From assembly GCA_963779615.1 (NCBI GenBank), contig CAVZZA010000005.1, positions 480,001 through 544,000 on the forward strand: a stretch of 64,000 nt of DNA. Reading direction: 5' to 3'. The DNA comes from an uncultured Nitrososphaeraceae archaeon. Lineage in GTDB: Archaea > Thermoproteota > Nitrososphaeria > Nitrososphaerales > Nitrososphaeraceae. Both the position numbers and the translations under genes were made by a program. Each line of letters starts with the position of its first letter. Positions within the stretch are counted from its first letter, which is position 1. The notes beneath the pieces were generated by a model. It made no database searches, was not told the origin of the DNA, and saw only the letters and a program-made list of their open reading frames with translations. Positions 32,933 through 43,786 of the stretch are shown here, piece after piece.

Positions 32933-33247
32933 TTATTTTTTAGGCGATGTTAAATTATTTAAAGATTTACTTTTGATGGACATTATTTTAATAAGAAAAC
33001 AGACTCCACTTTTACATGGAGTTGAAATACTACACGATTTGTCCTGTGAATGGCATTAGTCTTACTGTAAATCAAAAGATCTTATATGACAATTTATCTC
33101 CATACTTATATAATTGTCCTACCATGACAAACTACGCCCAACATAAGTGGAGAATCTAGTCCTGATTATGGTGTTAAGCAAATCTCCCAAGCAACTGAAA
33201 TAAAGAATCTTTACTTCGATCTTTTAAAGTCACCTAAAAAGGAAATA

Positions 33248-34875
33248 ATGCTGATTTTGCCTACCAGTAATGCCTTTGAGCGTCACGTGCGAATTGGAAT
33301 ATTTGGTTTATTAAGGCAGGTTGAAAGAGAGAAAAACCTCCGGGTTAGAGTTAGGATGCTGGTGCCAGTGGAAAACTTAAAATACAGTGAGGAAATAGTG
33401 CAAGAAACATTTTCTTCAAAAGAAAACTATGAGCAAGATCCCAGTAACAATATCCATATACGGTATATCGCCGAGCAACGGTCTGTCGACCTACAAGAAA
33501 CCATCCTGATAGTGGACAGGGAAACCTCCCTCATAATTGAATTGATGGATGACACGAAAGCTGCTTTTGAAGAGGCAATAGGTCTGGCAACCTACTCTAA
33601 CAGCAAATCAACAGTGTTGTCCTATGTCTCAATATTTGAAAGCCTGTGGGGGCAAACAGAGATGTATCAGGAACTAAACCATCTATACAAGCGGCTCCAA
33701 GACCACGACAAGATGCAAAACGAGTTTATCAGCATTGCAGCCCATGAACTGAGAACCCCCATACAACCAATACTTGGACTGTCCGAACTCCTTCTTTCCA
33801 GGAAGGTGAACATCGAGCAGGAACAAGAGTTGCTAAACGTCATAATCAGAAACGCAAAAAGGCTGCGAAAGATTTCAGAAAACATACTTGATGCAACAAA
33901 AATTGAGAGTCAGCAGTTAAATGTTGACAAGCAATACTTTGGGTTAAATGACATGATAGCAAATGTTCTTGCAGAGAACAAAAAACTGCTGGAAGGCAAC
34001 AACCAAAGAAAAATAATGTTAGCATACTCCAGCAATGATGACAACATTGTTGTAAAGGCAGATTCAGAGAGCTAACTCAGGTTGTCTCGAATCTTTTGGG
34101 TAATGCCATCAAATTCACCCAGAGCGGGGAGATATCCGTTAATGTTGCAAAGGATGAATCCGATCAACAAATTATCGTCAGTGTGACCGACACGGGTCAG
34201 GGTATCGATCCTGAAATAATGCCAAGGCTGTTTTCAAAATTTGCCACAAAATCCATTGCAGGGACAGGATTGGGCCTGTACATATCCAAAAGAATCATTG
34301 AAGCCCATGGAGGCAAAATGTGGGCCGAGAACAATCCAGATGGAACAGGTGCCACATTCTCATTTACGATCCCACTGGTAACTCAGCAAGGCCATAAGGA
34401 AAGCATGGTTATCGACACTGTTTCCACCATGAACAACGGCATTGGGGAAGGGGTAAGGAAGGGAAGTGTGTATCATACCACCCATAAGGCAAAAACAAAG
34501 CGGATATTTTTGGTGGACGATGACCAGGATCACACTGTTACCTTCAAGTTGGGTTTGGAGCTCGCAGGATTTGAAGTTGATGCGTATAATGATTCAGCAA
34601 TCGCATTGTCAAAGTTCAGGCCGGACTACTATGACCTGCTGCTAATTGATGTCAAAATGCCAAAGATTGATGGATTAGAGCTTTATGAAAAGATAAGGAA
34701 AATGGACAACAAAGTTGTGGTGTGGTTTATCACCGCATATGAAACGTATTACAGATCATTAAAAGCAGTCTCACCAACGTCAAAAGGAGAAATGAGTCCA
34801 GGTCCTGTCATTGAAAAACCCATTGAGATAGACAGGCTAGTGAAGCAAATAAAGACAGAGTTGCATCTCAGATAG
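33248..34875 (+). pseudogene. hybrid histidine kinase-receiver protein, 1-bp frameshift at ~34070
   Basis: AAHELRTP in ORF1; LTQVVSNLLGNAIKF, DTGQGI, GTGLGL and receiver VDDD/IDVKMP/EKP in ORF2; junction GAT TCA GAG AG^CTA ACT CAG. Confidence 0.85.
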
Positions 34876-34996
34876 GCATCCCTTGTCACAGACCTGATTG
34901 CATGTGCATATGGGGAACACGCATCGCAGTCTTGCCCCTGCTGTTTTTGCCCCATACCCAACTATTGATTTGTGGGCCCATTATTTTGTTTTGATC

Positions 34997-35069
34997 CCCA
35001 ATAAAGTAGTGAAACTGCGACGGGCCCGGAGGGATGTGATTCAAGATTCAAAAATGAATGAAACCTAAA
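34997..35069. repeat. tRNA-3'-core repeat copy 3 (type B)
   Basis: CCCAATAAAGTAGTGAAACTGCG-ACGGGCCCGGAGGG-...TTCAAAAATGAATGAAACCTAAA. Confidence 0.8.
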
Positions 35070-35305
35070 TTCAGTAATAAAATAGCATCCTTTCATCTTC
35101 ACTGGAGTTTGTCTATACTTATTTTCTCCATAGGCCATGTGAATCCCATTTATGGTTATTGCAAGTCCAGACCTTGATTCATTCCGTCAATAATGCCGTC
35201 TCCTGGCTGGATGGGCCATCCATCGTAAAGTACTTTCTCCCCTCAATAGACGTTTGTTAAGGCTATTGAGGCGGTTCTATTTGTTCAGGAAGACCTGACG
35301 TTCTT

Positions 35306-36024
35306 TCAATCCTTTTTTGTAGCCAAAAGATAAAGTGTAACGGGCTCTTCACATTCCTCTTCTCTTATCCACAGAACGTGGAAGTTTTCATCAGACATTA
35401 AATTTAAGGTTTCTTAGTTTGAAGGGAATCGAATCTCAAATCCGTATATATCACAAATCCCATTTTCAACCTCAACGCCCTTACCACAGAATTTGCCATT
35501 ATGGTTTCTTGCCGAAAAGAAGTTTAGGCCATTTGGCTTTAGCACTATTTATTTCTGAAAGTATGGAATGAATTTCTTCTAAAGAAAACCTCGTGTTAAG
35601 CAGCATGTGGGGGAATACACCGCATCAAGATGAGCATCTGGAAAAGGAAACGGTTTATTGACATCGTAAACTCGCGGTTCTATTTTTAATTTTTTTCCTG
35701 TGCCATTTCACATAATATTTCGATAGCCGTGATGGAGTAGTAGTCCAATGCATCTACCGAAAGGCCTTTGGAAGCAAAAAATACCGTATCCCTGCCGTGA
35801 CCGGCCCCAATCTCCAATATCCCCTCTACATTGTTTGCCCTCATATCACCAAAACAAAGCATGGCAAAGCTGCTGGGTTCCTCCCCAATGAAACTGCCGT
35901 CTGAACCGTATACCCTGTTCCAAGCTTCACTGAACTCCTTTGTTTCTAGTCCTTTGTTATCATCATCTTTCCTTTTTTTTGTAGTGATAGAGTGCAGACA
36001 ATGCAATGTAATCATCAGACACAA
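35306..36024 (-). pseudogene. class I SAM-dependent methyltransferase (TehB-like), multiply frameshifted
   Basis: GEEPS.FA and LEIGAGHGRD motifs; continues in other frames as PFPDAHLDAVYS and LKPNGLNFFS. Confidence 0.8.
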
Positions 36025-36067
36025 AAAATGAACTTTTTTGTTCTATGAGATCTCAAAAATTTATGGA

Positions 36068-36883
36068 TTAGTGCTGCATCATTGCCATAGGCATTTTATC
36101 TGCAGTTTTGTTTGCCGCTGCCTCCTCAGGACCCATCATTGTTTTGGTTGAAATAGAACGGTCTATTCCAATTCCGCTAATCAGTGTTCCAAACATTTCG
36201 TTTGAGCTTGAGAAATGCCCCCCTGTTTTATTTACATCAATTGTGAGCCCTAGAACTTTCTTACCCATGAGGTGGACAATCAGGGGAACCTGGTCGTATT
36301 CCAACCCATTGTCAGAGTGAATATCTGCTGTTCCAGTTACAACTATGTCATTGCCTGTAGGAAATACATTATTCGATGAAAAGTTTTTGATTGTGTGGTT
36401 GTGCGAAAGGCTTCCGTCTGGCTTTATCATGGTGAAATCGGCAGCAAAGTTTGCTTTGTAGTTGCTGGCACTTGTCTGATTGTTGTCATTGTTGTTGTTG
36501 TTACCGTCATTATATGTCACATTATTTATTTGAAGGTTCCAAAACCCACCTTGAATCCATGTGACAACTCCCTCTTTAATCTGGTTGTTTGCAAAATGCC
36601 CTGATGCCTCCATTATGCTTTCAGGCTTGTTTTGGTTGTTTGTGTCTTTGTCTGTCGGCGAGATATTTGCAGAAGGTTGTTGTTGTTGTTGTGCAATAGC
36701 CTGCGGGATGTCGTTATTGGTATGTGATAAAGGTTTTGTTGGTATGCCTGTTGGCAGGTTTTGAAATGCTGTTATAAACAAAAATCCAATGAGAATTATG
36801 GTGTGCATGTTGTCCTTGACTGAATATTGAAGAAAATTGCTCCCCATATAGTATTTTTTATTGTTGTTGTTTATAAAAAGCAC
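36068..36883 (-). CDS. secreted or membrane-anchored beta-rich hypothetical protein
   Basis: Hydrophobic N-region, AIAQ and low-complexity Q/N runs; ADFTMIKPDGSLSHNHTI core. Confidence 0.75.
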   Translation of the reverse strand: MLFINNNNKKYYMGSNFLQYSVKDNMHTIILIGFLFITAFQNLPTGIPTKPLSHTNNDIPQAIAQQQQQPSANISPTDKDTNNQNKPESIMEASGHFANNQIKEGVVTWIQGGFWNLQINNVTYNDGNNNNNDNNQTSASNYKANFAADFTMIKPDGSLSHNHTIKNFSSNNVFPTGNDIVVTGTADIHSDNGLEYDQVPLIVHLMGKKVLGLTIDVNKTGGHFSSSNEMFGTLISGIGIDRSISTKTMMGPEEAAANKTADKMPMAMMQH

Positions 36884-36903
36884 CCATAAATTGAAAAATC
36901 AAA

Positions 36904-36921
36904 TTTTGAGGGCCCTCAAAA
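36904..36921. promoter_or_regulatory. perfect 18-bp palindrome, putative operator
   Basis: TTTTGAGGGCCCTCAAAA immediately upstream of the 36068..36883 gene. Confidence 0.35.
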
Positions 36922-37351
36922 GGACGGCCGGTTGGCGGTTTTTTTGCTTTTGTCATTTGAATCCTTAATGCGGCTGAGAGAAACCATTTGAAAAGGTATT
37001 TGTTTCTATTAATAGAGAATTGGAAATCTACAAAACCTGAATAAACCATTTATTTGACCATTTAACCATCCACCGCAATAGTTCTAAGGGAGTACAAGAA
37101 TGAGTCGGCCCCTTTCTAAAATTGTTTTATGGCCTAAAGAAAAACAGTACCAGAGTAAAGGACATCAGATACGCCATGGACAGCATGAACGCCATAATGG
37201 CCTAGAGCAGCGAAGGGGCAAAATGAAGGAGGAGGAGGAGGTTCATTCGCTAAAAGAGGAGAGGACATTGTTGGACAACCTGGGCGACATCAAAAGGGCA
37301 TGTTGTTGAATGTCCGCTTAATACCATTCTGAAAGAAGGTTTGACTGGTCT

Positions 37352-37609
37352 CTATTTTATAAACTCTATAATTGCTTGTCTTGGGTCAATGTTGTTTTCA
37401 TTCAAAGTTTCCAACAGTTTTAGTGGGTCTTTGGCGCTGTAGACTTTCCGGTTCTTTACTGCAACAAACTCGTTTTTGTGCTTTAGGCAAAGTTCGTCGT
37501 GCTTATCACTAAAGTACTCGAAATCCTTTTCATACTCTTTTGATAGTTCCCTTTCTTCACCCTTGACGGCTTTTCTCTTGCCCACACCCATAAGATAGGT
37601 CTCACTCAA
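37352..37609 (-). CDS. small DUF5678-like protein
   Basis: YFSDKHDELCLKHKNEFVAVKN...IEFI; paralog of 7754..8005. Confidence 0.6.
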   Translation of the reverse strand: MSETYLMGVGKRKAVKGEERELSKEYEKDFEYFSDKHDELCLKHKNEFVAVKNRKVYSAKDPLKLLETLNENNIDPRQAIIEFIK

Positions 37610-37848
37610 AAATACTTTTTGATATCAAAAGCTGTTATCCAATACCATTATAAATTCATAAAAAGATGTAACCGGGTGTTGTTTGTCAGCCACAATGAAC
37701 ACAGGTTTTAACATGTTCCTGATATAGCATGTTCGCCCTTTCACCGTCTCTTGTCCATCTTCTCAACCAATTAATTTTCGAGTTGTTCCTAAATATTTGA
37801 TGCACTAAATTACTCACATTTTGTAAAGGAATTACTATTGAGTTTGAA

Positions 37849-37913
37849 CCCAATAAATAGTCAATTTGATGCGGGCCCGGTGGGGTGCGGTTCAAAAATT
37901 AATGAAACCTAAA
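37849..37913. repeat. tRNA-3'-core repeat copy 4 (type B)
   Basis: CCCAATAAATAGTCAATTTGAT-GCGGGCCCGGTGGG-GTGCGGTTCAAAAATTAATGAAACCTAAA. Confidence 0.85.
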
Positions 37914-38160
37914 CTGGTTTATTTGTATTTCAATAAATGTTATAAGATATTATTCTAACGATTGTAAAAAAAGAACAACAAGGTTATTGTCCAAGTTCAT
38001 CGTAACCAAATTACCATAAAATTACTACAGGCCACATTTTACAGTCAACATAGAATTGAGAGGATATCAGTAAAAATAAAAAAAGGATTCTTTTAAATTT
38101 TTTACACATGTGTTTAGATGTTGGTCATGTTAAATTGAGTGATGTTTACACAGCATAACT

Positions 38161-38730
38161 CTATGGTCCGAATGCCAATCCGGAGTCCTTTAGACACTTT
38201 ATCAAGTTGTTGATTAATTCATCTGAAAGGGCAAACTGTTCCTTTAAGTAATCCCTAATCAACGATTCTGAAATCATACCCTCACTTGCCCCTGCTGCGC
38301 ATTCACCTGCAAGCGAAATCTGATTAGTGTCAATTAATATCTTGCTTATTTGTTCCGAGGTAAAGAATTTTGTGAAACACTGCTCACAGGTTAATGGTGC
38401 CGGTTGTGTTGGTGGTGTTGCAGCGGATGGTGTGGATTGTGGAACACTACTGCTTTGGTCGTTGAACCCCTTTGCGTCGTTGTCCTTGCCCACTATCTGT
38501 TGTGCTTCATTTCCCTGCTTGCAATCGTCGCTCCTGTAGCAGAAGTTGTCCTGGTCCAGGTGTTGGCCTGCGCTCTTTTTGTCAACTTCAGAGCCTGCCT
38601 TTACAGATGACTTGAAATCAGTGGCTTTTTTGTGCTGGTCTGCATATGACTGCATCGGGATTATGCTAGTTCCCATTATTAATAACGATGTGACTACTGC
38701 CATCAACAGAATGTTTCTAGTATTGCCCAT
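38161..38730 (-). CDS. secreted Cys-containing protein, paralog A
   Basis: Signal peptide (PMQSYA), conserved LDQDNFCYR.DDC.Q.N..QQIVGKDNDAKGFNDQS block and CEQC C-terminal domain. Confidence 0.85.
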   Translation of the reverse strand: MGNTRNILLMAVVTSLLIMGTSIIPMQSYADQHKKATDFKSSVKAGSEVDKKSAGQHLDQDNFCYRSDDCKQGNEAQQIVGKDNDAKGFNDQSSSVPQSTPSAATPPTQPAPLTCEQCFTKFFTSEQISKILIDTNQISLAGECAAGASEGMISESLIRDYLKEQFALSDELINNLIKCLKDSGLAFGP

Positions 38731-39073
38731 AATTGAAATTCAGACGCATTTGTTGATATAATTGAAGTAAGTTTGTTAATACTTAATATTTTGTCGGAAT
38801 TTATTAACCTGAAAAGACAAGTATAACATTTATGCCATATTGTTTAAGATGATTATTTGATAGAATCTTTACCTCATTTATCAAATGAAGTGTAGCTGCT
38901 ATATTTCGGTGAAACAACTTAAAAAACAACACATGTAACAAAGCCTTGGATGTTGTAATAGTAAATCATAATGGGCGATTTCTTGCATCTTTAAAAACCA
39001 ACCTGTATATCCACATCATATGTACGATGATTCTAAACAGACAGCAAAAACAAAAATTGGTCATAGACTTGGT

Positions 39074-39145
39074 CCCAGAAAAAGCGTTATCATTGAAGCG
39101 GGCCCGGAGGGCTTCGTGCCGATATCGGTCCTTTTAAATGGATTC
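39074..39145. repeat. tRNA-3'-core repeat copy 5 (type A right arm, B-like left arm)
   Basis: CCCAGAAAAAGCGTTATCATTGAA-GCGGGCCCGGAGGG-CTTCGTGCCGATATCGGTCCTTTTAAATGGATTC. Confidence 0.85.
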
Positions 39146-39437
39146 TAGTCATATTGAAACTGTTAGGATATAAAGTTATCAATTCATATAAAATACAATA
39201 TCGTTTTTTTCATAAGAGTATAAAAAAATATGCAAGTTATTGCAGTACCTTTTGTTGATTTTGAAGGTAGGTATAAAGAACATCGTTAAATTATAAGATA
39301 AAGTTATGCTAAACATTTCTCTTTGCATTTCTAGTGTAAAAATTATGCTTATATTTTCAGGTAAACAAATTCCAATAAAATATCAGGTATCAACAATCCT
39401 ATCCTAATTATACCAAAAAATGTATCATATTCCAATC

Positions 39438-40028
39438 ATGAATAACACAAAAAATTTATTATTGATAGCAATAATCGCGATAACACTCGTTTTGGGGACA
39501 AGCGTTATCCCAATGCAGTCATTTGCAGACAAGGACAATGACAATCACAAAAAAACCAAGGACTTTAAATCCTCAATAATCGCAGGCTCTGAGTCAGACA
39601 AGAAGAGCGCAATCCAAAAACTGGACCAAGACAACTTCTGCTACAGGGGCGACGACTGTGAGCAAGCCAACCAGGGACAACAGATAGTTGGAAAGGACAA
39701 CGACGCAAAGGGATTCAATGACCAAAGCGACAACCTCGCAATATCCACTTCAGCATCAGGCGCAGGCAATGGTACAGGAACGGGAGGAACAACAACACCT
39801 CAACAGAAATGTGAACTCTGTCTATTGGATGTTGACTTAACAGCCTTCTTCTCTGCTGCCCATGTTAGCGATTCAGGAATTGATACCACCGCAAAGCTTT
39901 GTGCATTGCTCTCGGCTGGCACTCTCGATGATGTCATTTTAGAGATATTATTGAGATTTTTAAGCGACCCTACAGAGCAATGCTTGATAGACGCAGGCAT
40001 TAATCTAACTGTTCGTCCTACACAATAG
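39438..40028 (+). CDS. secreted Cys-containing protein, paralog B
   Basis: Same signal peptide and conserved block as 38161..38730; start placed at ATG 39438 by alignment with the paralog. Confidence 0.85.
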   Translation: MNNTKNLLLIAIIAITLVLGTSVIPMQSFADKDNDNHKKTKDFKSSIIAGSESDKKSAIQKLDQDNFCYRGDDCEQANQGQQIVGKDNDAKGFNDQSDNLAISTSASGAGNGTGTGGTTTPQQKCELCLLDVDLTAFFSAAHVSDSGIDTTAKLCALLSAGTLDDVILEILLRFLSDPTEQCLIDAGINLTVRPTQ

Positions 40029-40504
40029 AAAAGAATTACAGAATCGTGAAAAAGACACCTAAAGATAGGTGTGAAATCTTTTTTTTTATAATCTAATACA
40101 ATAAGATTTATTTTCATGGATATACCCATGGGAATAGTTACAATATGAATTATTATTCTTTTTAAAGGACCTGGAAAGGTTTCTTAAGGTTTGAATTTCT
40201 GCATTTAAGAAAATAACAATAAATGCAAAATTAGAAAAACGAACCAGAAGAAATTAACCAGTCGCTTAAGGAAAGGGACAAATGTAAGGATGACGCCATA
40301 ACAATGCTCTCAGACCAGCTTTTGACAATCACGGAGAGCAGAAGGAACTGGAAAGAAAGCAACAATTCCAAGAAAACAAAAAATCCGGATATGTCATTCT
40401 ATTTACTAAAGTAAATAACTAGAGTTTTTAGACTATTATAATTATTTCCATCATATTTTTTTTAATAAATTTTCTTTAGTTAATGTGTTAATCTAGATTA
40501 ACAA

Positions 40505-40570
40505 CCCAAGAAAATAGTCAAATTTGATGCGGGCCCGGAGGGGTCCGGTTCAAAAATGAATTGAATCTAA
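40505..40570. repeat. tRNA-3'-core repeat copy 6 (type B)
   Basis: CCCAAGAAAATAGTCAAATTTGAT-GCGGGCCCGGAGGG-GTCCGGTTCAAAAATGAATTGAATCTAA. Confidence 0.85.
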
Positions 40571-40717
40571 TATAGTTACAACTATCCTATGCATTTCTAT
40601 GTTAAACAATATATAAAATAATTAAAAAAACAATTTTATCAAGTATCCAATGGATTGGTGTGGCCAGAATCCACAGAGTAGTTGGTCAGTTAACAGGTAA
40701 GGTATTCCCTTGCTTCA

Positions 40718-41797
40718 TCAACCAGAGGGTGTTGTAGTCGACAGGAATGTATTTAATATCTTACCAATTTCTTCTGGATATTGATCCATTACTGCATGAC
40801 CAGCATCTTTGATCTGTACCAACCATGCCCCTGGAATCTTTTCTACAATCTTTAAAGAATTGACATGCGGCGCGTAAGTCTTATCGTCTGTTCCAGTTAT
40901 GACCAAAGTGGGCTTATCCAATTTCGCAAGCTCATCACAAGCACCACTCCAGTTTGGATTATCCTCCCAATGCTTTCCTATGTTATTCTGGTTATTCATT
41001 ATTTCAGGGGGCAAATCAGGCTTTAATTGCTGCAACATTGTAATGTTTTCTGCAACGTCAGCAGATTCAGGATGCAATTTTATCCATCCAGACCCTAATG
41101 AGGCAGTTACAAGGGATTTCATCTCCTCCCGAGAAATAGATTCATTGTTTAGAGATTTGTTTACGATATCGGCCTGCAATTTTATAAACTCGGGTGGTTT
41201 AGGAGTATGATCTTTTCCACCACAGGTAGAACCAACAAGTATAAGACTATTGACCTTATCTGGATACATCATTGTAAGCTGTTGGGCCAAGTTTGATCCA
41301 AGAGAATATCCAAAGACATTTGCCTTTTGTATTTTTAGAGCATCAAGCAAACCAGCTGAATCGTTTGCTATTTGCTGATAAGTGTATGGCTTGAAACCAG
41401 CTGTTGTATTTCCAATCCCACGTTGATCAAACGCAATTACTGTGTGATTTGGAGAAACACTACTTATAAAGGACGGATCCCAGGCATCCATACCATCAGA
41501 AGCGCCATTGAAAAGTATTATTGGATCACCCTTGCCAACCATCTTGTAGGCAACATCAATGTCTCCAACATGGACTTTTTCCAATTGGATGTCTTGCATA
41601 TTCACCAAGTTCGCAGTATTGGAATTGGCCTGGCCAGGATCTGTTTGACCATACACTACATTGGTAATGCCATTATAACCATTGGCACTAATTGACGAGT
41701 TTGAGAAAACTAGAGTAGATATGACTGCAATAATGAAAAGATAATCTTTCCTTTCAACTCTATTACCATTCACAAACTTATGCTTTTTCTCAGGCAT
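40718..41797 (-). CDS. exported alpha/beta hydrolase
   Basis: N-terminal hydrophobic segment, FDQRGIG, GYSLG, GTDD and DAGH motifs. Confidence 0.9.
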   Translation of the reverse strand: MPEKKHKFVNGNRVERKDYLFIIAVISTLVFSNSSISANGYNGITNVVYGQTDPGQANSNTANLVNMQDIQLEKVHVGDIDVAYKMVGKGDPIILFNGASDGMDAWDPSFISSVSPNHTVIAFDQRGIGNTTAGFKPYTYQQIANDSAGLLDALKIQKANVFGYSLGSNLAQQLTMMYPDKVNSLILVGSTCGGKDHTPKPPEFIKLQADIVNKSLNNESISREEMKSLVTASLGSGWIKLHPESADVAENITMLQQLKPDLPPEIMNNQNNIGKHWEDNPNWSGACDELAKLDKPTLVITGTDDKTYAPHVNSLKIVEKIPGAWLVQIKDAGHAVMDQYPEEIGKILNTFLSTTTPSG

Positions 41798-42156
41798 ATA
41801 AACGAGATGCAGTAATAGACAAAATTACTACCCTATTTACACATAACACTCATGTTTTCCCCCGTTATCCCTTACCAATATTGGTAACTGCAATGTTTAA
41901 ATTTGGACAGGCCTGAAGCGTTGAACCAATCTCTACGAAAGATAGTTTTCAGGGTTTAAAGGGGGAAGAGATCTCCAATGGGCGCAAGGGGATGGTATTA
42001 GTAACAAACCTGACTAAACCAGGAGATTTGGGAAGATATCATTTCTCTGCTTCATTGAAGAGCATCCCAAAGAACCTGCAGCAGGTATCACCAAAAAAGA
42101 ACTAGAACGCTAACAACAACTAATACTCATTTTTTATTTACTCGCCTCCCTTGTTT

Positions 42157-42747
42157 TCAGTTTCTCTTTACCTCATAGTGGAGCAAAACTACACCAGATT
42201 CAAACGCTATTGATTCAATAAGTGTGAGTTTTTGGATCTCCTTCAGGCCCTTGAAGATGGTCTTCCCAGTTCCCATTAAAAAAGGGTTAATAAACAAGTA
42301 AAATTCGTCGATCAGTTTTTCCTTAATCAGGGAAGAATCGAATGAGGCACCGCCATAGACTATGATGTCCTTGCCGTTTTGGCTCTTTAGCTTGGTAATC
42401 TCATCCTTGAGGTCGCCTGTTGCAACATCTGTGTTTATCCACTCAGATTTGCTTAGTGTTTTAGTGAAAACAACTTTTGGGATTTCTATCATTTTTTTAG
42501 CGAATGCATTCCATGGCTCATCAGGTTTGCTCATTACATCAGACCAATATGAAATAAATACATCGGTCATTTTTCGTCCCAGGATAATGGTGCCGACTGT
42601 ATCAGTTAATTCGTTTACATATTCATTGAGTTCATCATCATCCAAGACTAACCAGTCCATTTCATCATTTGGCCCCGCTATGCATCCATCTATTGACATT
42701 TCCACCTGTAGTTTTAACTTTCTCAACCCTGTTTTGTTATTTGCCAT
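42157..42747 (-). CDS. dihydrofolate reductase family / RibD C-terminal domain protein
   Basis: SIDGCIAGP, ILGRK, PKVVF, YGGA, LIDEF.L.I.P and GVVLLHY motifs. Confidence 0.9.
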   Translation of the reverse strand: MANNKTGLRKLKLQVEMSIDGCIAGPNDEMDWLVLDDDELNEYVNELTDTVGTIILGRKMTDVFISYWSDVMSKPDEPWNAFAKKMIEIPKVVFTKTLSKSEWINTDVATGDLKDEITKLKSQNGKDIIVYGGASFDSSLIKEKLIDEFYLFINPFLMGTGKTIFKGLKEIQKLTLIESIAFESGVVLLHYEVKRN

Positions 42748-43398
42748 CCATGTTCCCTATCAATACATACAATAAATAGTAACTGGCGATTCTCGTTTAG
42801 CATATTTTTTATAATGTTTCTGCGCCCAAGGTAACACAGGGTTTATGATTATCCAGATTGGAGATATGGTATCCAGCAGAGGAAAACCATGCAAAACGGC
42901 TCAACTGCAACAATGCTTGCGATTTACCAATGACTCTCATGCGACAGTCCTCAGCCGAAAGGGGTCAGTGCCGATAAAGCCTCTCCACAGCAGATTCTAG
43001 TATTGGGTAAACTATAGATGGTATAAGGATTCAATGAATGAACTTCATTACAATCATACAAAATAAAACAAGTGTTACAATCAAAAGGTTTGAACTTTTC
43101 GGTATGAAACCATAATGGCAAATTACGGTGGCGGCAAGAGAAAAACGGTAAAGTAGGTGAATTCAAGGAACCTAAAGAATCAGAATTAAATTTTATGTTG
43201 TTAAAATGGATGAAAATTACATCACCTGGTATTTGATAAAGGTTAAAGAGAGTCCATACTCATCCCTTTTCCTCCTTATTGCTGGGTTGTGTGAGATGGG
43301 TGGTTGGTACCTGTTTGCTTATTGTGGGTAATCCGTATCCAACTATGATTAACATTTCCCTTTTCCGAAACCTATTAAATGGTGCACCGGAAAACACC

Positions 43399-43659
43399 CT
43401 AAAGACACAACCTGCAAGTTGAGGAACCCTCTGTCACACCAAGCGACGCTCTTGAGACCCCTAAACTGCTAACTAAGAAAAGGGGAATGACACCCAAAGC
43501 CACCTGTACCGAAAAGTCGGTAAAGAAACTTACCAGGCCCACCGCAAGGACATTGCGGATTCCCGCTGGCCTGCCTTTCTCTTTTTTTATCATCATCTTT
43601 GTATTCCTTGAGCCGCCTTTTGGAGTCAAACTTTCATTCATTCCTCCCCCATTCATCAA
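43399..43659 (-). pseudogene. MFS transporter 5' remnant
   Basis: RNVLAVGLVSFFTDFS....GVIPLFL...LG...LGVTEG is a typical MFS TM1-2 start; truncated afterwards. Confidence 0.7.
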
Positions 43660-43786
43660 ATATAGTTATTAGATCCTTTTTCTCAGGATTTATAAAAATT
43701 ACTCATTAGGTTTAATTTCAACAGTCTTAAAACCATCAGCAAGATATTTTACCAGTATCTCGCTTCCGTATGTCAGGCAGCAGACA

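Noticed and set aside
31309-40570. Interpreting the six repeats as a CRISPR array or as intact tRNA genes
   Set aside because: Spacing is kilobases, not ~35 bp, and only the last ~13-19 nt of a tRNA are present with no D or anticodon arms
41900-41930. GGACAGGCCTGAAGCGTTGAACC as a seventh att-like copy
   Set aside because: Only vague similarity to the core and neither arm type is present
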